Shown here piece after piece: positions 53,101 to 63,403 of a stretch of 64,000 bases of DNA. A program made the position numbers and the translations under genes. Under the pieces are notes generated by a model. That model was not told the DNA's origin. It saw only the letters and a program-made list of their open reading frames with translations, and made no database searches. Source of the stretch: Nitrospirota bacterium (GTDB taxonomy: Bacteria > Nitrospirota > UBA9217); contig CAWCKW010000012.1 in NCBI GenBank assembly GCA_963796285.1, positions 608,001 through 672,000 on the forward strand, given 5' to 3'. Positions within the stretch are counted from its first letter, which is position 1, and the number at the start of each line of letters is the position of its first letter.

Positions 53101-53575
53101 AGAGCTTAAAGAAATGGGGATCGTCGAAGAGCGGACCGCCGATATCGCAGAGGTTATCGCACTGGTGACACGGGCGGAACGCGATCTGGCAACGAGCAAG
53201 GGGTTATATGATAAGGATGAAGAGTGGGCCTTTGCAGCCGCTTACCAGTCGATGGCCCGTTCAGGCAAGGCGCTCATTCTATCCGAGGGATTACGGCCAA
53301 AAGGGGTCCGGGGCAGGGATGCACAAAAGACCTTGGTAACAGCAGCGGGTGTCATCCTTGGTGATCAATACAAGAGCCTTATCAATAAGTTCGACCGGAT
53401 GAGAAGGAAATACCAGAGCTTTGTAGAAGATGCGGGCAGGATCATATCGCGGTATGAGGCAGGGCAGGCGATCAAGGATGCAGAGGAGTTTATCGCTCTC
53501 GTGAACGGACGGATTCGTGAAAAGTATTCGCAGATGTCACTGCTGAATGATGTTCCTCAGCTTGTTTCAAGATAA
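53090..53575 (+). CDS. HEPN-domain protein with degenerate RNase motif
   Basis: RAERDL..., WAFAAAYQSM, FDRMRRKYQSFVE; overlaps the MNT gene. Confidence 0.8.
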   Translation: MNYKELKEMGIVEERTADIAEVIALVTRAERDLATSKGLYDKDEEWAFAAAYQSMARSGKALILSEGLRPKGVRGRDAQKTLVTAAGVILGDQYKSLINKFDRMRRKYQSFVEDAGRIISRYEAGQAIKDAEEFIALVNGRIREKYSQMSLLNDVPQLVSR

Positions 53576-53623
53576 GGCCGCTTGGACCACAAATGCGGTA
53601 TGCCGAAAGGGGGTGGACAACTA

Positions 53624-53689
53624 ATGGCAGCCAAGAAGAAAGCAGCGAAGAAGAAAGCAACCAAGAAGAAAGCAACCAAGAAGAAGTAG
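53624..53689 (+). CDS. 21-aa Lys/Ala-rich micro-protein MAAKKKAAKKKATKKKATKKK
   Basis: GAAAGGGGGTG RBS, ATG, 15-nt tandem unit, TAG, downstream hairpins. Confidence 0.65.
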   Translation: MAAKKKAAKKKATKKKATKKK

Positions 53690-53700
53690 CTTTTTATTGA

Positions 53701-53749
53701 AGTCCCTGAAGTGGGACTGCCGGGGGCATGAATGCCCCCGGCGCATTTT
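53701..53749 (+). terminator. Tandem hairpins / terminator
   Basis: agtccc-tgaagt-gggact and gccgggggcat-ga-atgcccccggc followed by T's. Confidence 0.65.
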
Positions 53750-53845
53750 ACCCAGATAATGTTTCATAATAATATCCGGACTCATGCATCTCTTCAACGC
53801 ATCATTACTATTCTATTTCTTTTATTGAAAGGGGGTGAAGAATCC

Positions 53846-53902
53846 ATGGCGACGAAGAAAGCCCCGGCAAAGAAGGCGAAGAAGACCACAAAAAAGAAAT
53901 AA
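53846..53902 (+). CDS. 18-aa Lys-rich micro-protein MATKKAPAKKAKKTTKKK
   Basis: Same GAAAGGGGGTG RBS, ATG, TAA, downstream terminator. Confidence 0.65.
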   Translation: MATKKAPAKKAKKTTKKK

Positions 53903-53942
53903 GGTGACAGATAGTTATGCATTACCAATGATTGAATCTCTG

Positions 53943-53973
53943 CCACGAAGATGGTCTTCGTGGTTTTGTTTTT
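53943..53973 (+). terminator. Intrinsic terminator
   Basis: ccacgaaga-tgg-tcttcgtgg followed by ttttgttttt. Confidence 0.7.
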
Positions 53974-54042
53974 CCATCGGTAGAGCATGCCCTTTCGATC
54001 TTCGGTTCAGGACGGTCGCCGACGCGGGAGACGAGCGTATCC

Positions 54043-54376
54043 ATGCGTAAAAAGAACTATATAAAGACTGAACGGAGTGCCAAGATCGTCCTCTGGAAAA
54101 ATCTCCTCATCGCGGCAGGAATTCTTCTTTTACTCTACTTTCTGGTTACGCGCGTCATGGGAGAGATGGGAGTGGTAAAATATTACCGGATGAAGGCGCA
54201 ATATTATGCCCTCACGGAAGAGATCGCCAAACTCAAACAGGACAACGTTCAGACTCAGGAAGGATGTAGACTCTCTCAAAAACGATCCCGCGTACCTGGA
54301 GCGGATTGCACGCGATAAACTGGGACTTGCGCGTCCTGGAGAGATAGTGTACTATTATGGCAGCCGTGAGCGTTGA
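54043..54376 (+). CDS. ftsB: Septum formation initiator FtsB/DivIC (frameshift near 54250)
   Basis: TM helix, GEMGVVKY, coiled coil, then LKNDPAYLERIARDKLGLARPGEIVY. Confidence 0.85.
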
Positions 54377-54494
54377 AATTATGAAGTATCAATGAACAAA
54401 ATCCAAATAAGCTTCAAATTCCAATCATCAACATGTTTGTACTGTGGTTATCGGAATGTATTTGATATTTGGCTGGATCTTGCATCTCCTGCCC

Positions 54495-56707
54495 ATGTCT
54501 GATCATCCTCTCACATAGCCTTCGTCTGGCACATGCACCAGCCTTACTATAAGGACGATATCACGGGCTCCTATATCCTGCCCTGGGTGCGAATGCACGG
54601 CATCAAGGACTACTACGACATGCCTGCTCTCCTTGACCGATTTTCCCGATATCCACCAGACGTTCAATCTTGTTCCTTCGCTCCTCAAGCAGATCCAGGA
54701 CTACGTGGAGAACAGTGCTACGGACAAGTTCCTTACCCTGACGCTCAAGCCGGCAGCGGAACTTGATCAGGACGACAAACTGGCCTGCTGAAGAACTCCT
54801 TCATGGCGAACTGGGACACCATGATCAAGCCTTATCCTGCCTACTGGCAGCTGCTCGACCGCCGGGGCTACAGTGTTTCTCCAAACGACCTTTTGAATGC
54901 CACTCGCTACTTTACCACGCAGGACTATCTCGACCTCCAGGTCTGGTTCAATCTCACCTGGTTCGATCCGCTTTTTAAGAACAATGACCCGTTCCTCAAG
55001 GGGTTGGTGCAGAAGGGATCGGGATTCACCGAGAACGAGAAGGTGCTCCTCATCCAGAAGCAGCGCGAGGTGATGGCGCTCATCATCCCGGAGTACAAAC
55101 GGCTTGCTGAGATCGGCAGGATCGAGCTCACGACCACTCGCCTTTTATCACCCGATCCTGCCGCTCCTGTACGACACTGATCTTGCAAAGGTGGCGATTC
55201 CCGATATCCATCTTCCCGGTGAACCGCTTTGCACACCCCGAGGACGCCAAAGTCCAGATCGAGAGGGCGATGGCTTACCACGAGAAGCTCTTCGGTTCAC
55301 GGCCCGCGGGCATGTGGCCTGCCGAGGGATCGGTGGCCGAGGAGATCTCCCGATGATAGCCGATGCCGGGATACAGTGGATCGGGACGGACGAGGGAGTG
55401 CTTGCCCGTTCTCTCGGAATCCACATCGATCGCGATTTCGCCGGGGTCATGAAGAACCCCGAGGTGCTTTACAAACCCTACCTTGCGGGCAAAGGAGATA
55501 AACGCATCTCAATCGTGTTCCGCGACCATACCCTTTCCGACCTTATCGGTTTTGTGTATTCCAAATGGGATTACAAGAACGCGGTGCATGATCTGATCGA
55601 ACGTCTTCATCGCGTGCGACGCGGACTGACGAACGGTCCGCACCTGGTCTCGATCATCCTTGACGGCGAGAATGCCTGGGAATATTACCAGAACGACGGC
55701 AGGGACTTCTTCCTCTATCTCTATGAGACGGCTTAGTGGTGAGCCGGGACTCAGGTGTGTGACCGTTGGAGAATATCTCAAGGAGAATCCGGCGCAGACG
55801 AGCATTGAACATCTCCACGCAGGCTCGTGGATCAATGCAAACTATCGCGTCTGGATCGGACACGAGGAGGACAATCGGGCTTGGGACCTCCTGTCGCAGA
55901 CGCGCCGGGCGCTGACGGAGTATGCGTCAGGGGACGGGGATGCGGATGCGGACAAGATAGTGAAGGCATGGGAGGAGATCTATATCGCTGAAGGGAGCGA
56001 CTGGTGCTGGTGGTACGGAGATGACCACTTTTCCGAGAACGACGAGGAGTTTGACCTTCTCTTTAGGACACATTTAATGAACGTCTATCGCATTATCGGC
56101 CTCGATGTCCCCGACGAACTCCAGATATCCATCCTGAGCGAAGACCGTCAGTCGCTGCCAACCGTGGAGCTTACGGCATTCATCAACCCGACTATCGACG
56201 GCCAGGTAACGAATTACTTTGAATGGCTGCCTGCCGGGTTCTACGACGTGGGCCAGGGCGGGGGGGCTATGCATCGGGGCTCCTCCATCATCATGCATAT
56301 CTATTACGGTTTCGACCTCACAAACATGTTCGTGCGCCTCGACCCGAGCGGAAGCCTCAGGGATGAAAAGGTTGCCGAACTCGCGTTCTTCATTAACTTC
56401 CTGAGTCCCAAAGGCCTTGATGTGGAAGTGCGGATAGTGCCGCAGGAGCGACGGGTAAACGCCGTACTCTCCCGCAGTGAGAACGGAACCCGGAACCAGA
56501 TTGCCGCGATCCACACCGTTGCCGCGAACGATATCATCGAGCTCGCCGTACCCTTCAACCTGCTCGGTGTCAAGCCGAACGATGAGGTACATCTCGTCGT
56601 CACTGTTGAGCATGCCGGCTCCGAGGTGGAAAAGTGGCCCTACCGCGGGTATATCCGAGTTCAAGGTCCCGACCGACGACTTTGAGGCCATGATGTGGCA
56701 GGTGTAG
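54495..56707 (+). CDS. Glycoside hydrolase family 57 (amylopullulanase-like; many indels)
   Basis: [51 protein letters not shown]. Confidence 0.9.
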
Positions 56708-56910
56708 TTTATAGGCATCGCAATGGAATAACCTACGTGCAGGCCTTGGTACTTTTGTTGTCGCGTTACAAATGGTAGCTCAAATAAAAATGGACGCACT
56801 TTGTATGTTAACCTCCTATTTCGCAATGACACGTCAAAGATTAAATCCATCTTCATGGTAATCCGTATTAACGGTTGACTTCCCAAGCACACCTTGCTAA
56901 AATACCGAAA

Positions 56911-57836
56911 ATGCTACGATTATTTGGGAGAAAACCCCATCTGGGGATCGAGATAACTGGTAAATCAGTGAGGGTTGCGGTCGTATCGGGTTGCGGTGAT
57001 AACTTCTCCGCGCTTTTTACGAAAGCCACTGATTTGCCTGCCGGTATGGTGAGCGAGGCCTACGCATCGCCGAACATTAAAGACTTTTACCATTTGAACG
57101 CTGTATTGCGAGAGTGCCTGGCCGATGCTCCTTCAGGCATACGCCGGGCGGCCTTAAGTCTGCCCGATGGCGTTTTCCGCGTTCAGACGATGGAGTTCGA
57201 AGAACTTCCGGGCACGGCCGAGGACCGGGAACGGCTGATCCGCTGGCGGCTCGAGAAAGGGGCCGCCTTCGACATTGCCGAAACTGCTCTCCGGTATCAG
57301 ATACTCGGACGACAGGACAAAGGGTTTACCTTACTGTCCTGCGTTGCCAAACAGGCTGTGATCGCTCAGTATGAGTCGCTCCTCATCGGGCTGGGACTCG
57401 AGCCCTGGACGATAGGTCCCTCGTCTTTTCATGCGCTTGAACTTTTATTCCTCGTACCTCACGAAAAAATCCGCGGTTTCCGCGCTGGCCCACCTCTCCG
57501 AGGATACTTTTGCGACGATTATTTTGGAATGCGAACGGGGTACAGTTCTACCGTTACAAGGATGTGAAGCGGGGAAGTTCGGAGGACATCCGCAGCAGGC
57601 TCATGCGCGAGATAGACGATTCGCTTCATTTCTTTACTCATATGGACCATTTGCAGCAGCCCGAGATCCAGTACCTCTATCTCACCGGGGAGTCTATCGT
57701 ATCCGAGCTGGCCGAAGGACTGAGGACCATGACGTCACTCAATATTGAGGTGCTTTCGCCCGCGGTTGCGGCCCTGTCCGCCGAAGGCATCGGACCCGAG
57801 ATGGCCGCGACTTTGGGAGCTGGGAGTTCTCTATGA
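56911..57836 (+). CDS. PilM/GspL-like cytoplasmic assembly protein (indels)
   Basis: LGIEIT...VRVAVV, AALSLPD, YLTG; first gene of the MNOP-secretin cluster. Confidence 0.75.
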
Positions 57837-58379
57837 TCCAGATAAACTTTGCCAGCAGAAATTACCGGCTGATCGGAAGGATCCAATCTGCACTGATAGC
57901 GGGGATCATCATCCTCGTTGCTATTACGGCGGGAATGCTCTGGACCATCATGTCACTCCGTGCGAACATTTCCTTCATGGACAGGAAGATTCAGCAGCTT
58001 GAGGCGGCAGAGGCACTGGCCCGGCCAGAGATGTTGGAGCGTGAGCAGCTTGTGAAAGACCTGACCGCGATGTCGGGCCTGACTGGAATCGCGAAAAATG
58101 TCATGGACAAGGCTTCTGACGAGCATTGAGGCCGTCGTACCGGTTGGTGTGGCGCTTAGGCATATGGAATTCAATCCTAAAGACTCCACGCTGACACTGA
58201 ACGGAATGGCGCGTTCTCCGGAGTCGCTTCGAAATCTGGTGGTTGCGATGGAAAAGGCTGCGCAATTCAAATCTCCGTCTCTCAAACATCAGTCTCTGGA
58301 AAAGGGGAGTATTTCATTTAATGTGGTTGCCGTCTATCGGGAAGATAACCGTCCTGTTGTGGCTCAGGGAAAACAGTAA
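57833..58379 (+). CDS. PilN-like protein (frameshift near 58085)
   Basis: IQINFAS motif, TM helix, SWTRLL...VPVGVAL. Confidence 0.78.
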
Positions 58380-58866
58380 ACAGTTGCGGACGGCTGCGAT
58401 CTCATTCGCGGTTCTCGTCTGTATAAACCTGGCGCTGTACTTTTTTCTCATTGCTCCTTTTGTCAACGGGATTAAGACCGGCGAAGCAAGGTCTGCCGCG
58501 CTCAGGCAACGGCATGCAGAGACACTGCGGTTCAAGGAACAGAAACCGCTCTTCGCAGGTCTCCTGTCAGGGATCCCGGCGCAGAAAGACATGCCGCTGC
58601 TTGTGAAAGAGTTGGTGCAAATGGCGCGGAGGCTGAACCTGGCAGTGGACGCGATCAACTACGACATCCCCCGGCGGGAGAGCGGGGAACTCGCCATGCT
58701 GTCATTTTCGTTTCCCGTCGAGGGCAGTTATTCTAATATCAAACGATTCATCTATGAGGTGGAGACTTCCGGCCGGCTCATCGGGATACAGGACCTGAAC
58801 CTGGAGTCGGATAAGGGCACAGTAAAGCTGCAGATGAAACTGATGATCTATGTGAGAGGGAACTAA
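58357..58866 (+). CDS. PilO/GspM-like protein (start uncertain)
   Basis: TM helix, coiled coil, VEGSYSNIKRFIYEVET. Confidence 0.78.
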   Translation: MWLRENSKQLRTAAISFAVLVCINLALYFFLIAPFVNGIKTGEARSAALRQRHAETLRFKEQKPLFAGLLSGIPAQKDMPLLVKELVQMARRLNLAVDAINYDIPRRESGELAMLSFSFPVEGSYSNIKRFIYEVETSGRLIGIQDLNLESDKGTVKLQMKLMIYVRGN

Positions 58867-58874
58867 GAGCGCCG

Positions 58875-59600
58875 ATGAAATTAACGCAGGCTCAGCAAAC
58901 GTCTGTCCTTATGGTGATGGTCGTGGTCCTTGTACTCCTCATCGGCTACCGAATTATGAACGAAGAAAAACCGAAGACCGCGCCGCTTACTTATCAGCGT
59001 GGTGCGGTCGCCAACTCGCCGGTACGGCAGGGTCTGTCGGCCCGGAGGGCAGGCGCGGACCCAGTGAACGCCTTCCTGGAGCGGCGTGGTGAAAAGTTCC
59101 CGGGCGTGCGCCGCGATATTTTCCGGATGGAGAACCCGGTTCCCAAACCAAAATTGGTGTCGCATGCAACGACGACCCCTCCGGTGCACGTAAAAACACC
59201 GGAGGAGATTGCTGCTGATGCGGCACAGGCTGCTGCTCAGGCAGTTCAGGCGGTTGCTGATGCGGCACGGGCGGATCTGAATAAGTTTAAATATCTGGGG
59301 TATCTGACAGAAAAGGACAACACGCTCTTCCTGTCCAAGGAGGGAGAGCTCTTCATCGTGAAGAAAGGAGGTACAATTCTTAAGAGCTACAAGGTCAAAG
59401 AAGTGAGCAAAAATTATGTGGTCCTGCTCGATGTCGTTACTGGCGTCGAGGTGCAGCTTGAGCTTTCTGGTTCAGAGTTGGCGACGCAGTCGCAACCGAT
59501 GACGCGACAACCACAGCAACAGGTTCCGCAGCAGCAACCGCTGACACAGACGTTGCCGCAGCAAATGAGGCCACTGCGGACACCAATACCGGGACGCTGA
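58875..59600 (+). CDS. PilP/GspC-like protein with Gln-rich tail
   Basis: TM helix, RRDIF, FKYLGYL...LFLSKEGELFIVKKG; position before the secretin. Confidence 0.65.
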   Translation: MKLTQAQQTSVLMVMVVVLVLLIGYRIMNEEKPKTAPLTYQRGAVANSPVRQGLSARRAGADPVNAFLERRGEKFPGVRRDIFRMENPVPKPKLVSHATTTPPVHVKTPEEIAADAAQAAAQAVQAVADAARADLNKFKYLGYLTEKDNTLFLSKEGELFIVKKGGTILKSYKVKEVSKNYVVLLDVVTGVEVQLELSGSELATQSQPMTRQPQQQVPQQQPLTQTLPQQMRPLRTPIPGR

Positions 59601-59865
59601 CGATAACCAGAAGTAAGAACAGAACAATGACATCAAATGGTTCATAAAAGCACAGAGGGTACGGCAAACATCTTCATCGATGTTCAATACGTAAGAAATG
59701 AAGGATGGGCGAAGAGAGATATTGGTTCGTTCTTGATCATCGTCTATCCACCATTTTTGCCGCCTCTGTCTTTTTTATGTTCACTGTTTCTCTATAATAA
59801 TCGGTACTCTTTCGCTTCAGATTCGTCCTGTTCGGGTCAAAACAGCAGACGTTAGGAGGGGGATA

Positions 59866-62211
59866 ATGAAAAGGGTTGAACTGTGGCTCATGATCAGTTT
59901 TTTGATCGCGGTGCTCTCGGGCTGCGCGGGTTCTCAGGCGTACCAGCGCGGTGAGCGGTATGCTCAGCGCGGCGAGTGGGATCTGGCCGTGAAGGAGTAT
60001 CGTAATGCAAACCGTCGGGACCCGCACGACATTGAATACCGTGCCGCAGTGATTCGGGCAGAAGAGACAGCGGCGAACCTCCACTACAATAAGGCGCGCA
60101 ATTTTTTGAAAGAGCGCAAGCTTGACCAGGCGATCACCGAGCTTCAGCAGGCCATCTTCCTGAATCCGACCAATGCCGCCATTCAGAGCGCGCTGAAGTC
60201 AGTCCTTGATATGAAACAGGCGGAAGAGCACTACCGCACAGCGCTCACCTTTATGGAGCTGGGACGGTTTGGGGAGGCCCTCAGTGAACTGAACCAATCG
60301 GTGGAACTCGATCCGGACAACGTGAAATACCATGATTCCCTTGAAAAGCTCAAGAAAGAGAGGACCGAGGTCGAACCCGATGAGGCCCTTACTCTTGCAT
60401 CGGATAAACCTATCACGATCAATTTCAAAAATACCAATATCAAGGATGTGTTCGAGTTCCTCTCCAAACTATCGGGCATCAATATCCTGTTCGACGAAGA
60501 AGTGAGGGCCCAGCCGGTGACGATTTTCGTCAAGGATGTGTCGTTCCAGTATGCCATGAAACTGCTGCTCTCAACGAACAAACTCTTCATGAAGAAAATC
60601 AGCGCTGACACCATCATTATCATCCCCAAGAACAAGGCAAAGACAGATCAATATCAGGACCTGCTGGTCAAGACCTTCTACATCAACATCGCAAAGTCGA
60701 AGGATATCGTCAACCTTCTCAAGTCCATGCTTGACGTCAAAAAAGTGTATGTGAACGAGGTGCTGAACTCCATCACGGTGCGCGAAACCCCGGATAAGAT
60801 GAAGCTTGTGGAAAAAGTGATCGCGGCAAACGACCTCAAAGAAGGGGAGGTCATTCTTGATGTCGAGATCCTCGAGATCTCCCGGACCAACGCGCTGAAA
60901 TACGGGTGGAACTTCACGCCTGGCGGCCTGTCCGCCAGCGCGTCGATCGGGTCAACAACAGGTACAACAAGTACAACAAGCGGCATCGCGCTGAGCGAAC
61001 TCAGGGGCGCGTCGAATAAAAATATATTTGTGACACTTCCGGGTGTGGTGGTGGACCTGATCAAACAGGATTCCGATGCGCAGACCCTGGCAAACCCGAG
61101 GGTTCGTGTGCTGAATAACAAAGCGGCCACATTTCTTATCGGTGAAAAAATACCGGTCCAGACATCGACCATTCAATCCACAATTGTGGGTCAGGTCACT
61201 TCCAATTTCGAATATAAGGACGTAGGCATCAAACTAAAGATCGAGCCAACGATCCATCTCAATAACACCGTTACGATCAAGCTGGGGATGGAGATCAGTA
61301 CTCTTGAGGACGCTATCTCGTTCGGAAGCGGTCAGCAGGCGTACAAGTTCGGCACCAGGTCTACGGACACTTACATAAACCTCCGTGATGGAGAAACCGT
61401 GATCATCGGAGGGCTCATCAAGGATGAGGAACGGAAGAGCAAGATAAAGATACCGATCCTCGGAGACATTCCGGTTCTGGGCAGGCTCTTCTCCCATTCG
61501 GACAACGGTACGATCAAGACAGACATTCTCATGTCGATCACGCCGAACATCGTTCGCACCATGGAACTTCCGGACAAGGATTCACAGGTGTTCTGGTCGG
61601 GAACGGAAGAGGCCTACGATACGAATCCGCTTTTTACCACGAGCGGCAAGAGCTCAAAACCATCAGATAAGTCGGTCGGCAAGACCGCGATCCTTGAATC
61701 TCTGGCAAAGCGCGAAGCGGTTGCTCCCCCTGCATCAGGTGAGCCGGCCAAGCCGGTGTCTGCAGCGTCCACAACGGATCAACCTCTTGCAGCGCAAATC
61801 TCCGTTGTGGAGATCAAGCCCGCGGAGGCGTCCATCAGTGTGGGCCAGGAGGTACGGTTCGACTTGATCGCAGGAAGCATGAAAGACCTGTATGGGGCTA
61901 TAGTGACGCTCAATTACGACCCTAAGGTCATTGAGTTCAAGATAGCGAGCGAAGGAACACTCCTTAAGAAAGATAGCCAGCAGACCTCGTTCCTATTCTC
62001 AAATAATATCAAGGCGGGGACGGTGGACATCTACATGACCCGGATCGGTGATGTGGGTGGAGTGGTCGGGAGCGGAAGTTTGTGCACGGTCGTGTTCCAG
62101 GCCAAAGCAGGTGGTGCGAGCGACGTGTCCATGAAGAGCGTGAAACTAACGAATTTCAACCGTGAGCAGATCAGGACAGAGCTCAAAGGCGCAAAAATGA
62201 GCGTGAAGTAG
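59866..62211 (+). CDS. gspD: Secretin (GspD/PulQ-like) lipoprotein with N-terminal TPRs and C-terminal cohesin-like domain
   Basis: Lipobox LSGC, TPRs, N domains, LANPRVRV, DGETVIIGGLI, KIPILGDIPVLGRLF, LNYDPKVI. Confidence 0.88.
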   Translation: MKRVELWLMISFLIAVLSGCAGSQAYQRGERYAQRGEWDLAVKEYRNANRRDPHDIEYRAAVIRAEETAANLHYNKARNFLKERKLDQAITELQQAIFLNPTNAAIQSALKSVLDMKQAEEHYRTALTFMELGRFGEALSELNQSVELDPDNVKYHDSLEKLKKERTEVEPDEALTLASDKPITINFKNTNIKDVFEFLSKLSGINILFDEEVRAQPVTIFVKDVSFQYAMKLLLSTNKLFMKKISADTIIIIPKNKAKTDQYQDLLVKTFYINIAKSKDIVNLLKSMLDVKKVYVNEVLNSITVRETPDKMKLVEKVIAANDLKEGEVILDVEILEISRTNALKYGWNFTPGGLSASASIGSTTGTTSTTSGIALSELRGASNKNIFVTLPGVVVDLIKQDSDAQTLANPRVRVLNNKAATFLIGEKIPVQTSTIQSTIVGQVTSNFEYKDVGIKLKIEPTIHLNNTVTIKLGMEISTLEDAISFGSGQQAYKFGTRSTDTYINLRDGETVIIGGLIKDEERKSKIKIPILGDIPVLGRLFSHSDNGTIKTDILMSITPNIVRTMELPDKDSQVFWSGTEEAYDTNPLFTTSGKSSKPSDKSVGKTAILESLAKREAVAPPASGEPAKPVSAASTTDQPLAAQISVVEIKPAEASISVGQEVRFDLIAGSMKDLYGAIVTLNYDPKVIEFKIASEGTLLKKDSQQTSFLFSNNIKAGTVDIYMTRIGDVGGVVGSGSLCTVVFQAKAGGASDVSMKSVKLTNFNREQIRTELKGAKMSVK

Positions 62212-62291
62212 TCAAAACGATGCGGAATGAGGAAAGACAAATGCATCCGAACCCCTTACTCTTTCCTTCAGGGGGAGGGAAAAAGGAGTGG

Positions 62292-62801
62292 ATGGGTCTT
62301 GGCGGAATGCGGAATTGCCGACATGAGGGGATCACTCTTATTGAGCTTCTCGTAGTCATCGCGATCGTTGGGATACTGGCCACGGCGGCCATGCCGTTAT
62401 CGCGCATGACAGCCAGGCGGGTAAAGGAGATTGAGCTCCGGACAAATCTCAGAGTTCTCCGCACGGCGATCGACGAATTCAAAAAGGATTGTGATGAAAA
62501 GAAGCTTTCAACGGTTGAAGGCTACTGCAAGTCCGAACAATATAACTACCCGGAGACCCTTGAGCAGTTGACTGAGCCGCTGAAGTTGGCAGGCGCAGGG
62601 GACAAAACCAGGAAATATCTTCGCAGGATCCCCCGGGACCCCTTGACCACCCTCGACTCACCGGACAAGCCGAACAACTGGGGACTGCGATCATACAGCG
62701 ACTCATCGGAGTCCACCCAGTGGGGCGAGGGGAATGTGTATGATGTATATTCAAAAAGCGAAGCGATCGCTCTCGATGGCTCCAAATTCAATACCTGGTA
62801 A
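62292..62801 (+). CDS. Type II secretion pseudopilin (PulG/GspG-like)
   Basis: Prepilin site G|ITLIELL, YPETLEQL, YLRRIPRDP. Confidence 0.85.
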   Translation: MGLGGMRNCRHEGITLIELLVVIAIVGILATAAMPLSRMTARRVKEIELRTNLRVLRTAIDEFKKDCDEKKLSTVEGYCKSEQYNYPETLEQLTEPLKLAGAGDKTRKYLRRIPRDPLTTLDSPDKPNNWGLRSYSDSSESTQWGEGNVYDVYSKSEAIALDGSKFNTW

Positions 62802-62817
62802 TTGATTGAGAACACAG

Positions 62818-63267
62818 ATGACGAATGTCCGGGGACAGATAACTGCGGGGAACGGTCAAAACGTTTCGAGGGGTTTCACGCTCATCGAACTCATGATCGT
62901 GATGTCGATCATGGGGATCCTTATCACCATTGCAGCGCCGAATCTCAAACAGTCCATTGTGAGGGCGCGGGAGGCGGTGCTCAGGGAAGACCTGTTCCAA
63001 ATGCGAGAGGCCATTGACCAGTATTATGCTGACCATGGCAAGTATCCGGCAGCGCTCAGCGACCTTACCAACCTGCAGGAAAAGGCCAAAAGCTACCTGC
63101 GCATCATTCCCAAAGATCCCTTTACCAATGCCGAGGACTGGATCACCGTTGCGCTTGAGGGCAGCGGGGAAGCCGGCGGAGAGGGCAGCGGAGAATCCGG
63201 CATATTTGACGTGCACAGCGCCAGCCCGCTTGTCGCGTCGGACGGCACTGCCTATAATACCTGGTAA
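62818..63267 (+). CDS. Type II secretion pseudopilin (PulG/GspG-like)
   Basis: G|FTLIELM, AIDQYYADHGKYP, YLRIIPKDP. Confidence 0.88.
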   Translation: MTNVRGQITAGNGQNVSRGFTLIELMIVMSIMGILITIAAPNLKQSIVRAREAVLREDLFQMREAIDQYYADHGKYPAALSDLTNLQEKAKSYLRIIPKDPFTNAEDWITVALEGSGEAGGEGSGESGIFDVHSASPLVASDGTAYNTW

Positions 63268-63403
63268 CGCAGTCATGCTTCCGAGACGCGGTGATTTCTT
63301 GGCCGCTCATGCATATATCTCATCCTCTTTATTTATTATTCCGTCTTGCAGCCCCTTCTAAAAAAAGCTTGCAACAGCTTAGTAAAATCAGTAATATAAC
63401 GAC

